NCBI GenBank assembly: GCA_965116145.1
Contig: OZ220482.1
Span: forward strand, 1,916,143-1,980,142
DNA length: 64,000 nucleotides
Reading direction: 5' to 3'
Source: Thermoanaerobaculia bacterium
Lineage (GTDB): Bacteria; Acidobacteriota; Thermoanaerobaculia; Multivoradales; Multivoraceae
The first letter of the stretch is position 1. Each line of letters begins with the position of its first letter. Of this stretch, positions 8,798 through 19,785 are shown in pieces. Under the pieces are notes generated by a model. That model ran no database searches. It was not told the DNA's origin and worked only from the letters and a program-made list of their open reading frames with translations. Made by a program: the position numbers and the translations under genes.

Positions 8798-11173
8798 CTA
8801 CTCGAAGGCGATCCGGGACTGGTCGATCTCCTCGAAGTAATCCGGCGGCACGAGGACCTCCCGCGGCTTGCTGCCCTGGGCCGGGCCGAGAATGCCGTCC
8901 TGCTCCATCAGATCCACCAGGCGAGAAGCACGGGAGAAGCCCACCCTCATGCGGCGCTGAAGGAAGCTCGCCGACCCCATCCGTTCGGCAACGACCAGCC
9001 GCGCGGCCTCGTCGTAGAGGACATCGGCCCCGCCGTTCTCGTTTCCGGCCGCCGCTCGATCCTCCGGCGGCGGCTCGAGCACCGCCGGATCGAGGTTCGG
9101 CGAGCCCTGCCGCTTGAGCCAGCGGACCAGCGCCGCCGTTTCCTGTTCGGTCACGAAGGCGCCGTGGAGACGGAGCATGCGGCCGCTGCCGGGCGGCATG
9201 AACAGCATGTCGCCCTTGCCGAGCAGCTTCTCGGCGCCGACCTGGTCGAGGATGGTCCGCGAATCGTGCCGGGTAGCCGCGGCGTAAGAGATCCGGCAAG
9301 GGAAGTTCGCCTTGATCGTGCCCGTCAGGACGTCGACCGAGGGCCGCTGGGTGGCGACGATCAGGTGGATGCCGACGGCGCGCGCCATCTGCGCCAGGCG
9401 GGCGATCGACGTCTCGACCTCGGACGAAGCGACCATCATCAGATCGGCCAGCTCGTCGATGACGATCACGTAGTAGGGAAGCGGCTCGAGGCTCCTGGGT
9501 TCGGCGTCTTCGTCGGCCTCCTCGTCCCGAAGGCGCAGGCGGCGGGCCACGTCCGGATCGGCGATCGCCTGGTTGTAGAAGTCGATCGACCGAACGTGAA
9601 CTTCGGCCAGCAGACGGTAGCGGCGCTCCATCTCGGAGACGGCCCAGCGCAGTGCGTTCGCGGCCTGCTTCGGTTCCACCACGACCGCCGTCTTCAGGTG
9701 CGGGATGTCCGCGTAGACACCGAGCTCGATCCGCTTCGGGTCGATCAGGATGAACTGGACCTCGTCACTCCGGGCCCGGTACAGGATCGAAGTCAGCATG
9801 CCCTGGAGGCCGACACTCTTCCCGGCGCCGGTGGCACCCGCCACCAGGAGATGCGGCATCTTCGCCAGATCGGCGAAGTAGGGCTCGCCGCGGAGAGTGC
9901 GTCCGAGCGCCATGGTGAGCGGGGACCCGCTGTTCCTGAACTCCGATTCGGCGAGAAGGCCGCCCAGGAGGATGACCGTTCGGCTCCTGTTCGGGACCTC
10001 GATGCCGAGCGTCGACCGGCCGGGCATGCGCTCGACCCGGATCGCCTCGGCCTTCAGGGCAAGCGCAAGATCGTCCTGAAGGTTGACGATCTGAGCCACC
10101 TTCACGCCCGGCGCCGGCTGAAACTCGAACACGGTGATGACCGGACCGGGGCTGATGCCCTCGACCGAGCCTTCGACTCCGAACTCGGCGCAGCGAGCGC
10201 AGATGAGTTCGCCGAGTTCCCTGAGTTCGTCCTCGTTGACCTCGGCGCTCACCTCCTCGGTAAGGAGCAGGTCGAGCGGCGGCAGTTCGGTGCTCTCTGC
10301 CTTCGGCCGTGTGTTCTCAGCGGTCGCGTCCGCCGGCGGCAGGGACGCTTCCGGCGCAGCGGGCGCCGGCTTCGCCCCGACAGCGGGTGACAGCTCCACC
10401 TTCGGCTCGCTGGCTCCGCGGATGGCCGCCTTCGCCTTCCCATCTCGCGGCGTCCCGCGCAGCGGCAGCTCCGCGAGCGGTGTCCCGTTCTCCGGCGGCG
10501 CCGACTTCGCCTGACCGCGGCGCGCGGTCCGGGGCGATGTCCTGGCCCGGGACCTGCTCCTGGACTTCGGCTTGACCAGGTCGAGGAACGTCCTGAGCCG
10601 GCTCCAGCCGCCGGCAACGGACTCGCCCAGGCTGGCCCGCAGCATCAGTGCAATCCCGAACACGAAGCCCGACACGGCGATCACTCCGGCCCCGAGCACA
10701 CCCAGCTGACCCTCGACTGCGCTGGCGATCGTCGATCCCAGCAGTCCCCCGGCGACCAGGGACTCGCCTCGGAACGCGACGTCGCCCGCGGCCAGGGCGA
10801 TCAGGGTCGGCGTCGCAATCAGGGTAACGAAGATACCCGCCGCCTGAAGCGGCGACGGAACTTCGGCGCGTGCGCGAACCAGCCGGTAGCCCAGACCGAG
10901 GACCGCCAGAGCCACCGCGAGAACGGCGAACCCGAGCAGCCCGTAGCCGGCGGCTGCAACGTGGGCGCCGATCGGCCCGATGAGGTTGGCGGTCTCGGCC
11001 GCGCCCTCGACACTCCGCATGAAGCTCGGGTCGCCCGGCTGGTAGCTCAGCAGGCTGAGGAGCAGGAGCGCTCCGAGCATGAGCAGCAGCAGACCGACGA
11101 GCTCGGCGGCCTTGCCCGCCGGCAGACCGGTGCTCAGCGCAAACCGCCGGGGGCTGTCGTCCGAACGAATCAC
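8798..11173 (-). CDS. ftsK: DNA translocase FtsK
   Basis: N-terminal TM helices, Pro/Ala-rich linker, Walker A GATGAGKSVGLQ, HLIVATQRPSVDV, C-terminal gamma domain (LYDEAARLVVAERMGSASFLQRRMRVGFSRASRLVDLME). GTG start. Confidence 0.9.
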   Translation of the reverse strand: MIRSDDSPRRFALSTGLPAGKAAELVGLLLLMLGALLLLSLLSYQPGDPSFMRSVEGAAETANLIGPIGAHVAAAGYGLLGFAVLAVALAVLGLGYRLVRARAEVPSPLQAAGIFVTLIATPTLIALAAGDVAFRGESLVAGGLLGSTIASAVEGQLGVLGAGVIAVSGFVFGIALMLRASLGESVAGGWSRLRTFLDLVKPKSRSRSRARTSPRTARRGQAKSAPPENGTPLAELPLRGTPRDGKAKAAIRGASEPKVELSPAVGAKPAPAAPEASLPPADATAENTRPKAESTELPPLDLLLTEEVSAEVNEDELRELGELICARCAEFGVEGSVEGISPGPVITVFEFQPAPGVKVAQIVNLQDDLALALKAEAIRVERMPGRSTLGIEVPNRSRTVILLGGLLAESEFRNSGSPLTMALGRTLRGEPYFADLAKMPHLLVAGATGAGKSVGLQGMLTSILYRARSDEVQFILIDPKRIELGVYADIPHLKTAVVVEPKQAANALRWAVSEMERRYRLLAEVHVRSIDFYNQAIADPDVARRLRLRDEEADEDAEPRSLEPLPYYVIVIDELADLMMVASSEVETSIARLAQMARAVGIHLIVATQRPSVDVLTGTIKANFPCRISYAAATRHDSRTILDQVGAEKLLGKGDMLFMPPGSGRMLRLHGAFVTEQETAALVRWLKRQGSPNLDPAVLEPPPEDRAAAGNENGGADVLYDEAARLVVAERMGSASFLQRRMRVGFSRASRLVDLMEQDGILGPAQGSKPREVLVPPDYFEEIDQSRIAFE

Positions 11174-11179
11174 CGGAGC

Positions 11180-11346
11180 CCTGGAAACCTGCCGCGGATG
11201 TGCGTGTCGCGCCGGGAGCGGTCAGGCGACCGTCCGGCAAGGCGCGGCGAGAGAACGTGCGGGGACGATTGCGACCGAGGAGCCGTGCAGCCGGGCGGCA
11301 TGCAGGGGTGCTCGCATGCGACGCGACGTTCGCCGCGGACTGCCAG
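11180..11346 (+). repeat. MITE-like element copy (orientation A) between ftsK start and ksgA stop
   Basis: cctggaaacctgccgcggatgtgcgtgtcgcgccgggagcggtcaggcgaccgtccggcaaggcgcg...gcagccgggcggcatgcag...gacgttcgccgcggactgccag. Ends 7 bp from ftsK GTG. Confidence 0.7.
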
Positions 11347-11391
11347 ACCGGTCATGGCTGGAACATGCACGAGCATGTGATTGTAGCCCGC

Positions 11392-12192
11392 TCAGTCGAA
11401 TATGGCTATATACGGCTTCATCTGGCGAAACAGCCTGACGAACTCCGGCACATCGAGGCTCTCGGCGCGCACCCTGAGCGGCAGGCCCAGCGCCGCGAGG
11501 GCCGCCTCGGCTGCAGGCCGACCCACCGTCGGCCGGAAGTTGTTGACGAGGGTCTTGCGTCGCTGGCTGAACGCGGTGCGCACGAAGCCGGCAAAGGCCG
11601 ACCACTCCGTGTCGTCGACTGGCGGCGCCTTGCGCTCGAATCCCACGAAGGCGCTGGTCACTGCCGGCGGCGGCACGAAACTGCCGGGAAGAACGACCGA
11701 CAGTCGACCCACCCTTGCCCGCGCACCGACCAGGACACTCAGTCCGCCGTAGTCCGAATCGCCCGGAGATGCCGCCAGCCGGTCCGCAACTTCCCGCTGC
11801 ACCAGAAACGCTGCACGGGCGCCGATCGGCGCCCGCTCGAGAACGGCGAGAACGATCCGGGTGGCGGCGTTGTACGGCAGGTTGCCGGCGATCCGGGTCG
11901 AAGCCGGCAGTGTTTCGTAGCGAAGATCGCAACCGTCGCCTGCGGCCAGGACCAGACGCGAATCGGCGATCCTCCGGCGCAGCTCCAGTGTCCAGGCCAG
12001 GTCGAGCTCGCAGGCGATCACCCGGCTCGCGCCGTACTCCAGGAGCAGGCGCGTGAGCACGCCGCCGCCGGGGCCGATCTCGACGACCCTGCAGCCGGCG
12101 ACATCCAGGAACTCGACCGCGGGAACCGCGGAACCCGGGTGCCGAAGGTGATGCTGACCAAGGGACTTCCGAAGCGGGGGAACGCGGCTCAC
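11392..12192 (-). CDS. rsmA: 16S rRNA (adenine1518/1519-N6)-dimethyltransferase
   Basis: LRKSLGQHHLRH, VVEIGPGGGVLT, IAGNLPYN. GTG 12192 chosen (266 aa) so the gene does not overlap the divergent GGDEF gene; track ATG 12300 is the alternative. Confidence 0.8.
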   Translation of the reverse strand: MSRVPPLRKSLGQHHLRHPGSAVPAVEFLDVAGCRVVEIGPGGGVLTRLLLEYGASRVIACELDLAWTLELRRRIADSRLVLAAGDGCDLRYETLPASTRIAGNLPYNAATRIVLAVLERAPIGARAAFLVQREVADRLAASPGDSDYGGLSVLVGARARVGRLSVVLPGSFVPPPAVTSAFVGFERKAPPVDDTEWSAFAGFVRTAFSQRRKTLVNNFRPTVGRPAAEAALAALGLPLRVRAESLDVPEFVRLFRQMKPYIAIFD

Positions 12193-12239
12193 CGGATCGC
12201 ACGGTACCAGCGAGAACCGGGAAGAACACGCAAGGGCAT

Positions 12240-13097
12240 ATGCTTGAAGTGCGCCCCTTGGGCTGGACGTCTCGGGCAGGCTCCGGACCGATGCCGACAC
12301 GCGTGCCCGGCTCCGGCAGACTGCGGCGTCCGTCAGGAGGTTGTCATGAGACCGGGAAACGCGACCCGCAACCCCACCTCGGAAGCCCCTTCCCGGAAGC
12401 CGGCTGCCTCCATCTTCTGCGAGTGCAACTGCGCACAGTGAGCCTCGGCACGAAGAGCTCGGCCCGCACCCTGGCGTCTCGGGCGGCGGCCGCGATCGGC
12501 AGCGTCGTCGTTGCCCGGCCCGGCGGATCGGGCCGGGGCAGAGACAGTCTGACCGGTCTGCTCGACGGCCGCGCTCTGCACGAAGCCCTCGTCGAGGCCG
12601 TGGCGGCCGCGGAGCGCCGCGGCGACGATGTGGGCCTGCTGTTTCTCGACCTCGACGGCTTCAAGCGGATCAACGACGAGCACGGCCACCAGGCCGGCAG
12701 CCGCATCCTGCGTCACGTCGCGGCGCTGCTCCAGGGAGCCGCCCAGGACGCGGGCGGCTTCTCTGCGCGCTATGGCGGCGACGAGTTCGTGGTTGTCCTG
12801 CCCGGCATGGACCTCGACCGGGCGTTCGGCCGAGGCGAGCGGCTGCGCACTCGGTTGGCGGCAACCGGGTTCACCGGCGATCCCGGCGCCGAGCCGGCGG
12901 CGGCCAAGGTCCGTCTGACCTGCTCCATCGGCGCCGCCGCTCTGCGCCGCCTGCCCGCCGTCAGCCGCAGAGCCGGCGCCGAAGCAGACGCCGCCGCCCG
13001 GCTGCTCCGCAAGGCCGACGATGCCATGTACGCAGCGAAACGAGCCGGCCGCAACCGGGTCGCCCCGGCCGACGCCGCGATCAGCGGCGCCGCCTGA
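12240..13097 (+). CDS. GGDEF-domain diguanylate cyclase
   Basis: GLLDGRALHEAL..LLFLDLDGFKRINDEHGHQAGSRIL..RYGGDEFVVVLPG..DDAMYAAKRAGRNRV. About 110-aa low-complexity N-terminus with no recognisable sensor domain. ATG 12240 with AAGGG upstream. Confidence 0.7.
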   Translation: MLEVRPLGWTSRAGSGPMPTRVPGSGRLRRPSGGCHETGKRDPQPHLGSPFPEAGCLHLLRVQLRTVSLGTKSSARTLASRAAAAIGSVVVARPGGSGRGRDSLTGLLDGRALHEALVEAVAAAERRGDDVGLLFLDLDGFKRINDEHGHQAGSRILRHVAALLQGAAQDAGGFSARYGGDEFVVVLPGMDLDRAFGRGERLRTRLAATGFTGDPGAEPAAAKVRLTCSIGAAALRRLPAVSRRAGAEADAAARLLRKADDAMYAAKRAGRNRVAPADAAISGAA

Positions 13098-13108
13098 CGT
13101 CCCGGGGG

Positions 13109-15277
13109 TCAGCCGTTCCCGAGCCCGCAGAGCCGGCGCCAGAACGGGTCCGGCTCCGTCCCGGGCAACCGGGTCGCCGCCGGCAGGTCGTGAGCCACGA
13201 TGGCGGCGAGGCGGCTGCTGCGCAGCGGCGCCGCGCCGATCGAGAGCGGCCATGGGGGCCGACGAAAGGCAAACAGGCTGAAGGAGACCGCGGCGCGCCG
13301 ATCGGCGTCGATCGAGAGCACATCGTGCGGCGGCCCCTCCCCTCCGTTGGACCAGTCCAGTTCGAACCACAGCTCTTCAAACGCCGCGAGCCAGCCCGAC
13401 GGCAGCCCGGGCCACGCCCGAATCTGCCGATGGAGCTCGATCCGCAGATCCGGATCTCCCTCGAAGGCGAGCGCCGCCAGGAGCCGCGGCTCGGCGAGGA
13501 TCGCCCACGCCGCCCGCACCGACACCTGCCGAGCCGACGCCGGGGCGCCGCCCTCACGTTCGAGGCGCATCAGCTCGAACGGAGCGAGCGCCGACAGCGG
13601 ATCGAGGTCGCAGGCCCGCTCCAGCGCTGCCCTCCTGCGGTCAGTGTCGGCATCCTCGTCGACGCCGGCGAGGAGCCACAGCGGCGCCAGCCCGGACGCA
13701 GCCTCCGCAGCCGACCGGGCATCCAGCCGGACCTGGTAGAGAGGGAAACGCGGATCCGCCGCCGCCGCCGCGCGCAGGCGGCGGGCCGTTTCGTCGGCCA
13801 CAACGCCGTCCTGAAGTTCTCCGCCCGGCGAGGCCGCGATCGCGCGCTCGTAGAGTCTCGCGGCCCAGGCCCGCTCCAGCGACCAGGCGAACGCCGCAGT
13901 CAACCAGAGAAGGAGAACGACCCGTCCGCGCAGCCGGGGCCAGCTCCGCCAGCCCTCCGGAACCGGCCCGCCGCAACGGGCGGCGGCGGCCAGACCCAGG
14001 TTCAGGATCAGGACTGCCGGCACCGCCGTGACCACCGCGAAGACACCGAATACCACACAGCTTCCGGCGCCCAGCAGGCCAAGCAGCGCCGCGGCCAGCA
14101 ACTCGGGATCCCGAACCTCCCCGCCGCTCCGGAACCCCGCCCCGGAGCCGGCGGCAGCTCGCGCTCGGGCGGACGCGCGCAGCAGTTCCACTACGCGACG
14201 CTGACCGTAGCGGCCGATCACAGCGAGCAACAGCAACGAGCCGACCACACCCACCTCGTAGAGCGTCTGCGCCAGCAGGCTGTGGGAATCGGTGACGACC
14301 TCTCCCGGCGGGTGAACGCCGGGCGCCGGCCGCCAGTGGCGGGCAAGAGTCCAGCTCGACGCACCGGGACCCCAGCCCAGAACGGGCCGCTCGGCGAAGC
14401 CGCGAAGCGCCGCGGCGGCGTAGGTGCGGCGCGCGAGGAGCGAGGGATCCTCCAGGCGCAACACCGCGCCGAGCCGATCCACCGGTCCGGGAACGTCCAG
14501 CCGCACTCCCGCCCATGCCGCCGCGCACGCGAGCGCCGCAAGCAGACCGAGGCTCGCAGCAGCTCGACTGAACCATCTCCGGCCGCCGCACCGCCAGAGC
14601 GTCCAGGCGGCCGCCGCCAGCGCCTGAAGCGCCAGTGCCAGCAGGCCCGACAGCGAGCCGGTGGCGCCAACGGTCCAGATCACCAGCGAACTCACCCCAA
14701 GGGCTGCAGCGAGGCGGAGCCGCAGTCCGGCGGAGCCGGCCAGGCGCCAGACACCCAGCACCGCCGACGGCAGCAGGGCGACGAGCACCAGGGCCAACTG
14801 GTTGTGATGACCGATCGGCAGCGCGGCCCGGCCCTGTTCGTGCAGCGGCTGCTGGATCAGGGCCCAGCTCGACGCCGCCACGGCAACCGCCGCACAGCCG
14901 GCAAGAGCCCATCGCCGCGCTGCCGGCCGAGCGAGCACAAACCCTGCTCCCGCCGACGCCCAGACCGCGGGCAACAGGAAGAGGACGATCGACTCCCCGG
15001 CGCGCCCGACCGGAGACAGAAGCCAGCTCGCCGTGACCGACATCCAGAGCGCCGGCAGCAACCAGCGCCACCAGCCCGCGCCGGCTGCCGCCAGCGCCAG
15101 CGGGTCCCGAAACGCCACAGCCCCCCGGAACGCCAGCGTCAGCAGCAGCACCGCTCCCGTGACCAGGGATGCTGCCGCGGCGCCGTGATGGAAGGTCCCC
15201 GCCCGGAAGACCATCGCCGCCAGCGCCAGCGTGACGAGCACCGCCGCCGCGCGGTCCCGCCAGGGGCGTTCAGCCAT
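13109..15277 (-). CDS. O-antigen ligase (Wzy_C) family polytopic membrane protein with C-terminal TPR-like soluble domain
   Basis: ATG 15277 (MAERPWRDRAAAVLVTLALAAM...). About 10 hydrophobic helices, TDSHSLLAQTLYEVGVVG signature, about 280-aa Ala/Leu/Arg-rich C-terminus. Track ORF 13109..16429 trimmed; its upstream part is an alternate frame of rho. Confidence 0.6.
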   Translation of the reverse strand: MAERPWRDRAAAVLVTLALAAMVFRAGTFHHGAAAASLVTGAVLLLTLAFRGAVAFRDPLALAAAGAGWWRWLLPALWMSVTASWLLSPVGRAGESIVLFLLPAVWASAGAGFVLARPAARRWALAGCAAVAVAASSWALIQQPLHEQGRAALPIGHHNQLALVLVALLPSAVLGVWRLAGSAGLRLRLAAALGVSSLVIWTVGATGSLSGLLALALQALAAAAWTLWRCGGRRWFSRAAASLGLLAALACAAAWAGVRLDVPGPVDRLGAVLRLEDPSLLARRTYAAAALRGFAERPVLGWGPGASSWTLARHWRPAPGVHPPGEVVTDSHSLLAQTLYEVGVVGSLLLLAVIGRYGQRRVVELLRASARARAAAGSGAGFRSGGEVRDPELLAAALLGLLGAGSCVVFGVFAVVTAVPAVLILNLGLAAAARCGGPVPEGWRSWPRLRGRVVLLLWLTAAFAWSLERAWAARLYERAIAASPGGELQDGVVADETARRLRAAAAADPRFPLYQVRLDARSAAEAASGLAPLWLLAGVDEDADTDRRRAALERACDLDPLSALAPFELMRLEREGGAPASARQVSVRAAWAILAEPRLLAALAFEGDPDLRIELHRQIRAWPGLPSGWLAAFEELWFELDWSNGGEGPPHDVLSIDADRRAAVSFSLFAFRRPPWPLSIGAAPLRSSRLAAIVAHDLPAATRLPGTEPDPFWRRLCGLGNG

Positions 15278-15327
15278 CGCCGCGGAAAGGCCGGCCTGGA
15301 AGCCGGACCCCCGGCCCCCTCCCGGAC

Positions 15328-16671
15328 TCAGTTCGACGCTCCCCTTGCCCCCCTCGACATCGCGGCCAGGAACTCGGCGTTCGACGGCGTGTTCTTCAGG
15401 CGCTCCTGAAGCACCTCCATCGCCTCCACCGTGGGCAGCGGATGCAGGACCTTGCGCAGCACCCAGACCCGCTGCAGATCGTCCGGTGACAGCAGCAGCT
15501 CCTCCTTGCGGGTCCCGGACTTCTCGATGTCGATCGCCGGAAAGATCCGCTTGTCGACCAGCTTGCGGTCGAGGTGCAGCTCCGAGTTGCCGGTCCCCTT
15601 GAACTCCTCGAAGATGACGTCGTCCATCCGGCTGCCGGTGTCGATCAGCGCGGTCGCGACGATGGTCAGGGAGCCGCCGCCCTCGATGTTCCGGGCAGCC
15701 CCGAAGAACCGCTTCGGGCGCTGCAGCGCGTTCGCGTCGATGCCGCCTGACAGCACCTTGCCCGAAGGCGGCTGCACGGTGTTGTAGGCGCGCGCCAGCC
15801 GAGTGATCGAGTCGAGCAGGATGACCACATCCTTGCCGTACTCGACCAGCCGCTTGGCCTTCTCGATCACCATCTCGGCGACCTGGGTGTGACGCGAGGC
15901 CGGCTCGTCGAAGGTGGAGGACACGACCTCCCCGCGCACCGATCGTTCCATGTCCGTCACTTCTTCCGGGCGCTCGTCGATCAGCAGGACGACGAGCACG
16001 ACCTCCGGGTGGTTCGTGGCGATCGAGCGCGCCAGAGACTGCAGGAGCATCGTCTTGCCGGTCCGCGGCGGCGCCACGATCAGCGCCCGCTGGCCCTTGC
16101 CCATCGGCGTCACCAGGTCGGTCACCCGCGACGACAGGTCGCCGGAGACCTCCAGGCGAAGCCGCTCGTCGGGGTACAGCGGCGTCAGGTTGTCGAAGAA
16201 GATCTTCTGCCGCACCGCGTCCGGATCCTCGAAGTTCACCGCTTCGAGCTTGATCAGAGCGAGGTAGCGCTCGCCCTTGTTCATCGGCTGCCGCACCTGA
16301 CCCGACACCGTGTCGCCGGTCCGCAGATCGAACCGCCGGATCTGGCTGCGGGAGATGTAGATGTCGTCCGGTCCCGGCAGATAGCTGTACTCGGGTGCAC
16401 GCAGGAAGCCGAAGCCGTCGCTCAGGCATTCGAGGACCCCTTCGCCGAACAGCAGCCCGCTCTTTTCCGTCTGGGCCTCCAGGATCTTGAAGGTCAACTC
16501 CTGTCGGGGCATCCCCGCGGCGCCGACGACCTCCAGCTCGCGAGCCAGCTTGAGCAGATCGGGGTTGCTCAGGTCCTTCAACGCGTTCAGATCAAAGGCG
16601 AGATCGGCGCTTTCGGCCGCCCTCGCCCCACCACCGCTACGCCCTGCTTCGCGGGCTGTATCCACCGTCAT
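15328..16671 (-). CDS. rho: transcription termination factor Rho
   Basis: N-terminal RNA-binding domain ([14 protein letters not shown]), Walker [10 protein letters not shown] and R loops. ATG 16671 with AGGAGGT RBS. Confidence 0.95.
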   Translation of the reverse strand: MTVDTAREAGRSGGGARAAESADLAFDLNALKDLSNPDLLKLARELEVVGAAGMPRQELTFKILEAQTEKSGLLFGEGVLECLSDGFGFLRAPEYSYLPGPDDIYISRSQIRRFDLRTGDTVSGQVRQPMNKGERYLALIKLEAVNFEDPDAVRQKIFFDNLTPLYPDERLRLEVSGDLSSRVTDLVTPMGKGQRALIVAPPRTGKTMLLQSLARSIATNHPEVVLVVLLIDERPEEVTDMERSVRGEVVSSTFDEPASRHTQVAEMVIEKAKRLVEYGKDVVILLDSITRLARAYNTVQPPSGKVLSGGIDANALQRPKRFFGAARNIEGGGSLTIVATALIDTGSRMDDVIFEEFKGTGNSELHLDRKLVDKRIFPAIDIEKSGTRKEELLLSPDDLQRVWVLRKVLHPLPTVEAMEVLQERLKNTPSNAEFLAAMSRGARGASN

Positions 16672-16720
16672 CCTCGTACCTCCTGAGGCCGGGAGAAGCT
16701 CCAGTCGCCCCTTGGCTGGG

Positions 16721-17299
16721 TCAGGCGCCGAGCAACTCGGAGAAAAGACGCGACACTCCTTCGCCAGTTCGAGACGACACGGGAAACAGCTCTGCCGCGG
16801 ACGGCATTCCCAACAGCGCCGCCACACCGGCAAGGGCCCCGGCGCGAGCCCCCCGCTTCACCCGGTCGATCCTGGTCACCGCCACGACGGGCTCGAGACC
16901 CAGCCCCCGGAGGTATCCGTGCGCTTCGGCGTCGAGCGCAGTGCCAGCAACCTTGGCGTCGACCAGCAGGACGACCCGGACCAAGCCGGCCGCCGAACGG
17001 AAGTACCGATCGACGCTCCGCCCCCAGGCCTGCCGTTCCCGCTTCGAGACCCGGGCGTAGCCGTAGCCCGGCAGGTCGACGAGGTACCACGATTCGTTGA
17101 CCAGGAAGAAGTTGATGCTCCGCGTGCGGCCGGGCGTCGAACTCGTGCGGGCAAGATCCCTGCGTCCGAGCAGCCGGTTGATCAGGCTCGACTTGCCGAC
17201 GTTCGAACGACCGGCGAAGGCGATCTGGGGCCGGCCATCCCGGGGGAGATCGACCGCCCGGACAGCAGACACGACAAAGCGGGCGTCACGGACCCTCAA
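16721..17299 (-). CDS. engB: ribosome-biogenesis GTPase EngB/YihA
   Basis: [27 protein letters not shown] start with GGAGG RBS overlapping the lon stop. Confidence 0.85.
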   Translation of the reverse strand: MRVRDARFVVSAVRAVDLPRDGRPQIAFAGRSNVGKSSLINRLLGRRDLARTSSTPGRTRSINFFLVNESWYLVDLPGYGYARVSKRERQAWGRSVDRYFRSAAGLVRVVLLVDAKVAGTALDAEAHGYLRGLGLEPVVAVTRIDRVKRGARAGALAGVAALLGMPSAAELFPVSSRTGEGVSRLFSELLGA

Positions 17300-17314
17300 G
17301 GTCCATCGACCTCC

Positions 17315-19783
17315 TCAGTGGGCGACGTTCGCGGGCGGCGCCTCGTCGACCGGCTTCTGGAACTCGGCCGCAACCTCGGGCGGCCGCTGCACGACGCCCT
17401 CGAAGACGATGTCGAGCACCTCGTCCATGGACTCGACGAGGTGGAACTTCATCTTGTCGCGGACCTCCTCGGGCACTTCCTCGAGGTCCTTCTCGTTCTC
17501 CTTCGGCAGGAGCGCCTCGAAAATCCCCGCACGATAGGCGGCAAGCACCTTGTCCTTGATGCCGCCGACGGGCAGCACCTTGCCGCGCAACGTGATCTCG
17601 CCGGTCATCGCCACGTCACCACGCACCGGCGCCCGCAGCAGGGAGGAGATCAGGGCCGCAGCCATCGTGATGCCGGCCGACGGTCCGTCCTTGGGGATGG
17701 CGCCTTCGGGAACGTGAATGTGGAGGTCACGGTCGGCATGGAAACCGGGTTCCAGGCCGAAGCCGTCGGCGCGGCTGCGCAAATAGGACATCGCGGCCCG
17801 AGCCGATTCCTTCATGACGTCACCCAGCTTGCCGGTGAGGATCAGCTTGCCGGAGCCCTTCATCAGACCGACTTCGCTCTGCAGCAGCTCGCCGCCGGCC
17901 TGGGTCCAGGCCAGCCCGGTGGCAACCCCGATCTCGGGCTGCTCGAGCTTCTTCCAGGGCCGGAACTTCGGCTTGCCCAGGAGGTCCCCGACCAGCTCGC
18001 GGTCGACCGCGATCGCGGGCGGCCGCTCCGTGTCCCTGGCCCTGCCCCTGGCCTTCGCCGCGGCCTTGAGCTTCTGCGTGCGGCCCTCTTCGACCAGACG
18101 GCGGGCCAGCTTGCGGCAGACGGCCGCGATCTCGCGCTCCAGGCTGCGCACGCCCGCCTCCCGGGTGTAGGAGTCCATCAGGTAGCCGAGACTGTCCTCG
18201 CCGAAGCGCACGGCCTCTTCCGTGAGACCGTGGCTGTCGAGCTGTCTCGGCACCAGGAACTGGCGCGCGATCTCGAGCTTTTCGTTCGGCGTGTAGCCGG
18301 CGAGCTGGATGACCTCCAGGCGATCGCGAAGCGCCGGAGGAATCGGGTGCTCGACGTTCGCTGTAGCGATGAACAGGACCTTGGACAGGTCGTACTCGAC
18401 GTCCAGGTAGTGATCGACGAAGGCATCGTTCTGCTCCGGGTCGAGCACCTCGAGCAGCGCGGACGACGGGTCGCCGCGAAAGTCCGTCGACATCTTGTCG
18501 ACTTCGTCGAGCAGGAAGACCGGGTTCACCGTGCCTGCCCGTTTCATCATCTGGACGATCTGTCCGGGAAACGCACCGATGTAGGTCCGGCGATGGCCGC
18601 GGATCTCCGCCTCGTCGCGCACGCCGCCAAGTGACAGGCGCACGAACTTGCGGCCGGTAGCGGCCGCGATCGACCTTGCCAGCGACGACTTGCCAACCCC
18701 TGGAGGTCCGACAAAGCAGATGATCGAGTTCTGGTTCTTGTGGGTGAGCTGGCGCACGGCCAGGAACTCGAGCACCCGCTCCTTGACCTTCTCCAGACCG
18801 AAGTGCCCCTCGTTCAGGATCCGCGCCGCCTTGTTCAGGTCCTTCAGCTCGCGGCTGCGCTTCTTCCACGGCACGGACATCAGCCAGTCGACGTAGTTCC
18901 GCGACACGGTGGCTTCGGCCGACACCGGCGGCATCGCCTCCAGCCGCCGCAGTTCCTGCGCCGCCTTCTCGCGCACCGGCTTCGGGGCGCCCGACTTCTC
19001 GATCTTCTGCTTCAACTCGGCGATCTCGTCGCCGCGATCGTCCTTGCGTCCCAGCTCGTGGTGAATCGCCTTGATCTTCTCGTTGAGGTAGTACTCCTTC
19101 TGAGCCTTCTCCATCTGTTTCTTGACCTGCACGTTGATCCGCTTGTCGATGTTGATCTTCTCGACCTCGACATCGAGCAGGTCGTGCACGGCCTGCAGAC
19201 GCTCGTAGGGATTCAGCGTCTCCAGCAGGGTCTGCTTCTCGGCCGTGGAGACGGTCAGATGGGCGGCCAGCGCGTCGGCGAAGCGGTCGGGGTCGTCGAG
19301 CTTCAGGGTCGACATCAGGCTCTCGAAGGCCAGGTGATGGGACATCTTCGCGTACTGCTCGAAGCTGTTCAGCAGCCGGCTCATGTAGACCTGCACCTTG
19401 TCGTCCGCCGGGTAGTGGATCTCGTAGACCTCCACGTCCGCCTCGAAGGCCTCGTCCACTTCCTCGAGCGTCTTCAGCTCGGCCCGCCGCAGCCCCTCGA
19501 CCATCACCTTCACGTTGCCGTTCGGCAGCTTGACGTTCTGCACCACCCGAGCGACGACGCCGATCCGGTGGATGTCGTCGATTCCCGGGTCGTCGACCTT
19601 CGGATCGCACTGGGCGACCAGGAAGATCTGCTTGCCGGCGGTGCGCAGGGTCCGCTCCAGCGCCAGCACGGAGCCGCGGCGGCCGACGATGAAGGGCGCC
19701 ATCATCTGCGGGAAGACCACCATGTCCCGCAGGGGCACGACCGGCAGCCGGTCGCTTGAAGTCGATACGTGTCCCGAGGCCAT
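17315..19783 (-). CDS. lon: ATP-dependent Lon protease
   Basis: LON N-domain ([13 protein letters not shown]), AAA+ [16 protein letters not shown]16 protease domain with [18 protein letters not shown] 19783, 822 aa. Confidence 0.95.
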   Translation of the reverse strand: MASGHVSTSSDRLPVVPLRDMVVFPQMMAPFIVGRRGSVLALERTLRTAGKQIFLVAQCDPKVDDPGIDDIHRIGVVARVVQNVKLPNGNVKVMVEGLRRAELKTLEEVDEAFEADVEVYEIHYPADDKVQVYMSRLLNSFEQYAKMSHHLAFESLMSTLKLDDPDRFADALAAHLTVSTAEKQTLLETLNPYERLQAVHDLLDVEVEKINIDKRINVQVKKQMEKAQKEYYLNEKIKAIHHELGRKDDRGDEIAELKQKIEKSGAPKPVREKAAQELRRLEAMPPVSAEATVSRNYVDWLMSVPWKKRSRELKDLNKAARILNEGHFGLEKVKERVLEFLAVRQLTHKNQNSIICFVGPPGVGKSSLARSIAAATGRKFVRLSLGGVRDEAEIRGHRRTYIGAFPGQIVQMMKRAGTVNPVFLLDEVDKMSTDFRGDPSSALLEVLDPEQNDAFVDHYLDVEYDLSKVLFIATANVEHPIPPALRDRLEVIQLAGYTPNEKLEIARQFLVPRQLDSHGLTEEAVRFGEDSLGYLMDSYTREAGVRSLEREIAAVCRKLARRLVEEGRTQKLKAAAKARGRARDTERPPAIAVDRELVGDLLGKPKFRPWKKLEQPEIGVATGLAWTQAGGELLQSEVGLMKGSGKLILTGKLGDVMKESARAAMSYLRSRADGFGLEPGFHADRDLHIHVPEGAIPKDGPSAGITMAAALISSLLRAPVRGDVAMTGEITLRGKVLPVGGIKDKVLAAYRAGIFEALLPKENEKDLEEVPEEVRDKMKFHLVESMDEVLDIVFEGVVQRPPEVAAEFQKPVDEAPPANVAH

Positions 19784-19785
19784 CC

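Noticed and set aside
15278-16429. N-terminal 384 aa of track ORF 13109..16429
   Set aside because: It is the -1 frame of rho, which has unmistakable Rho motifs. The real gene begins at ATG 15277, where the transmembrane and O-antigen-ligase-like sequence starts.
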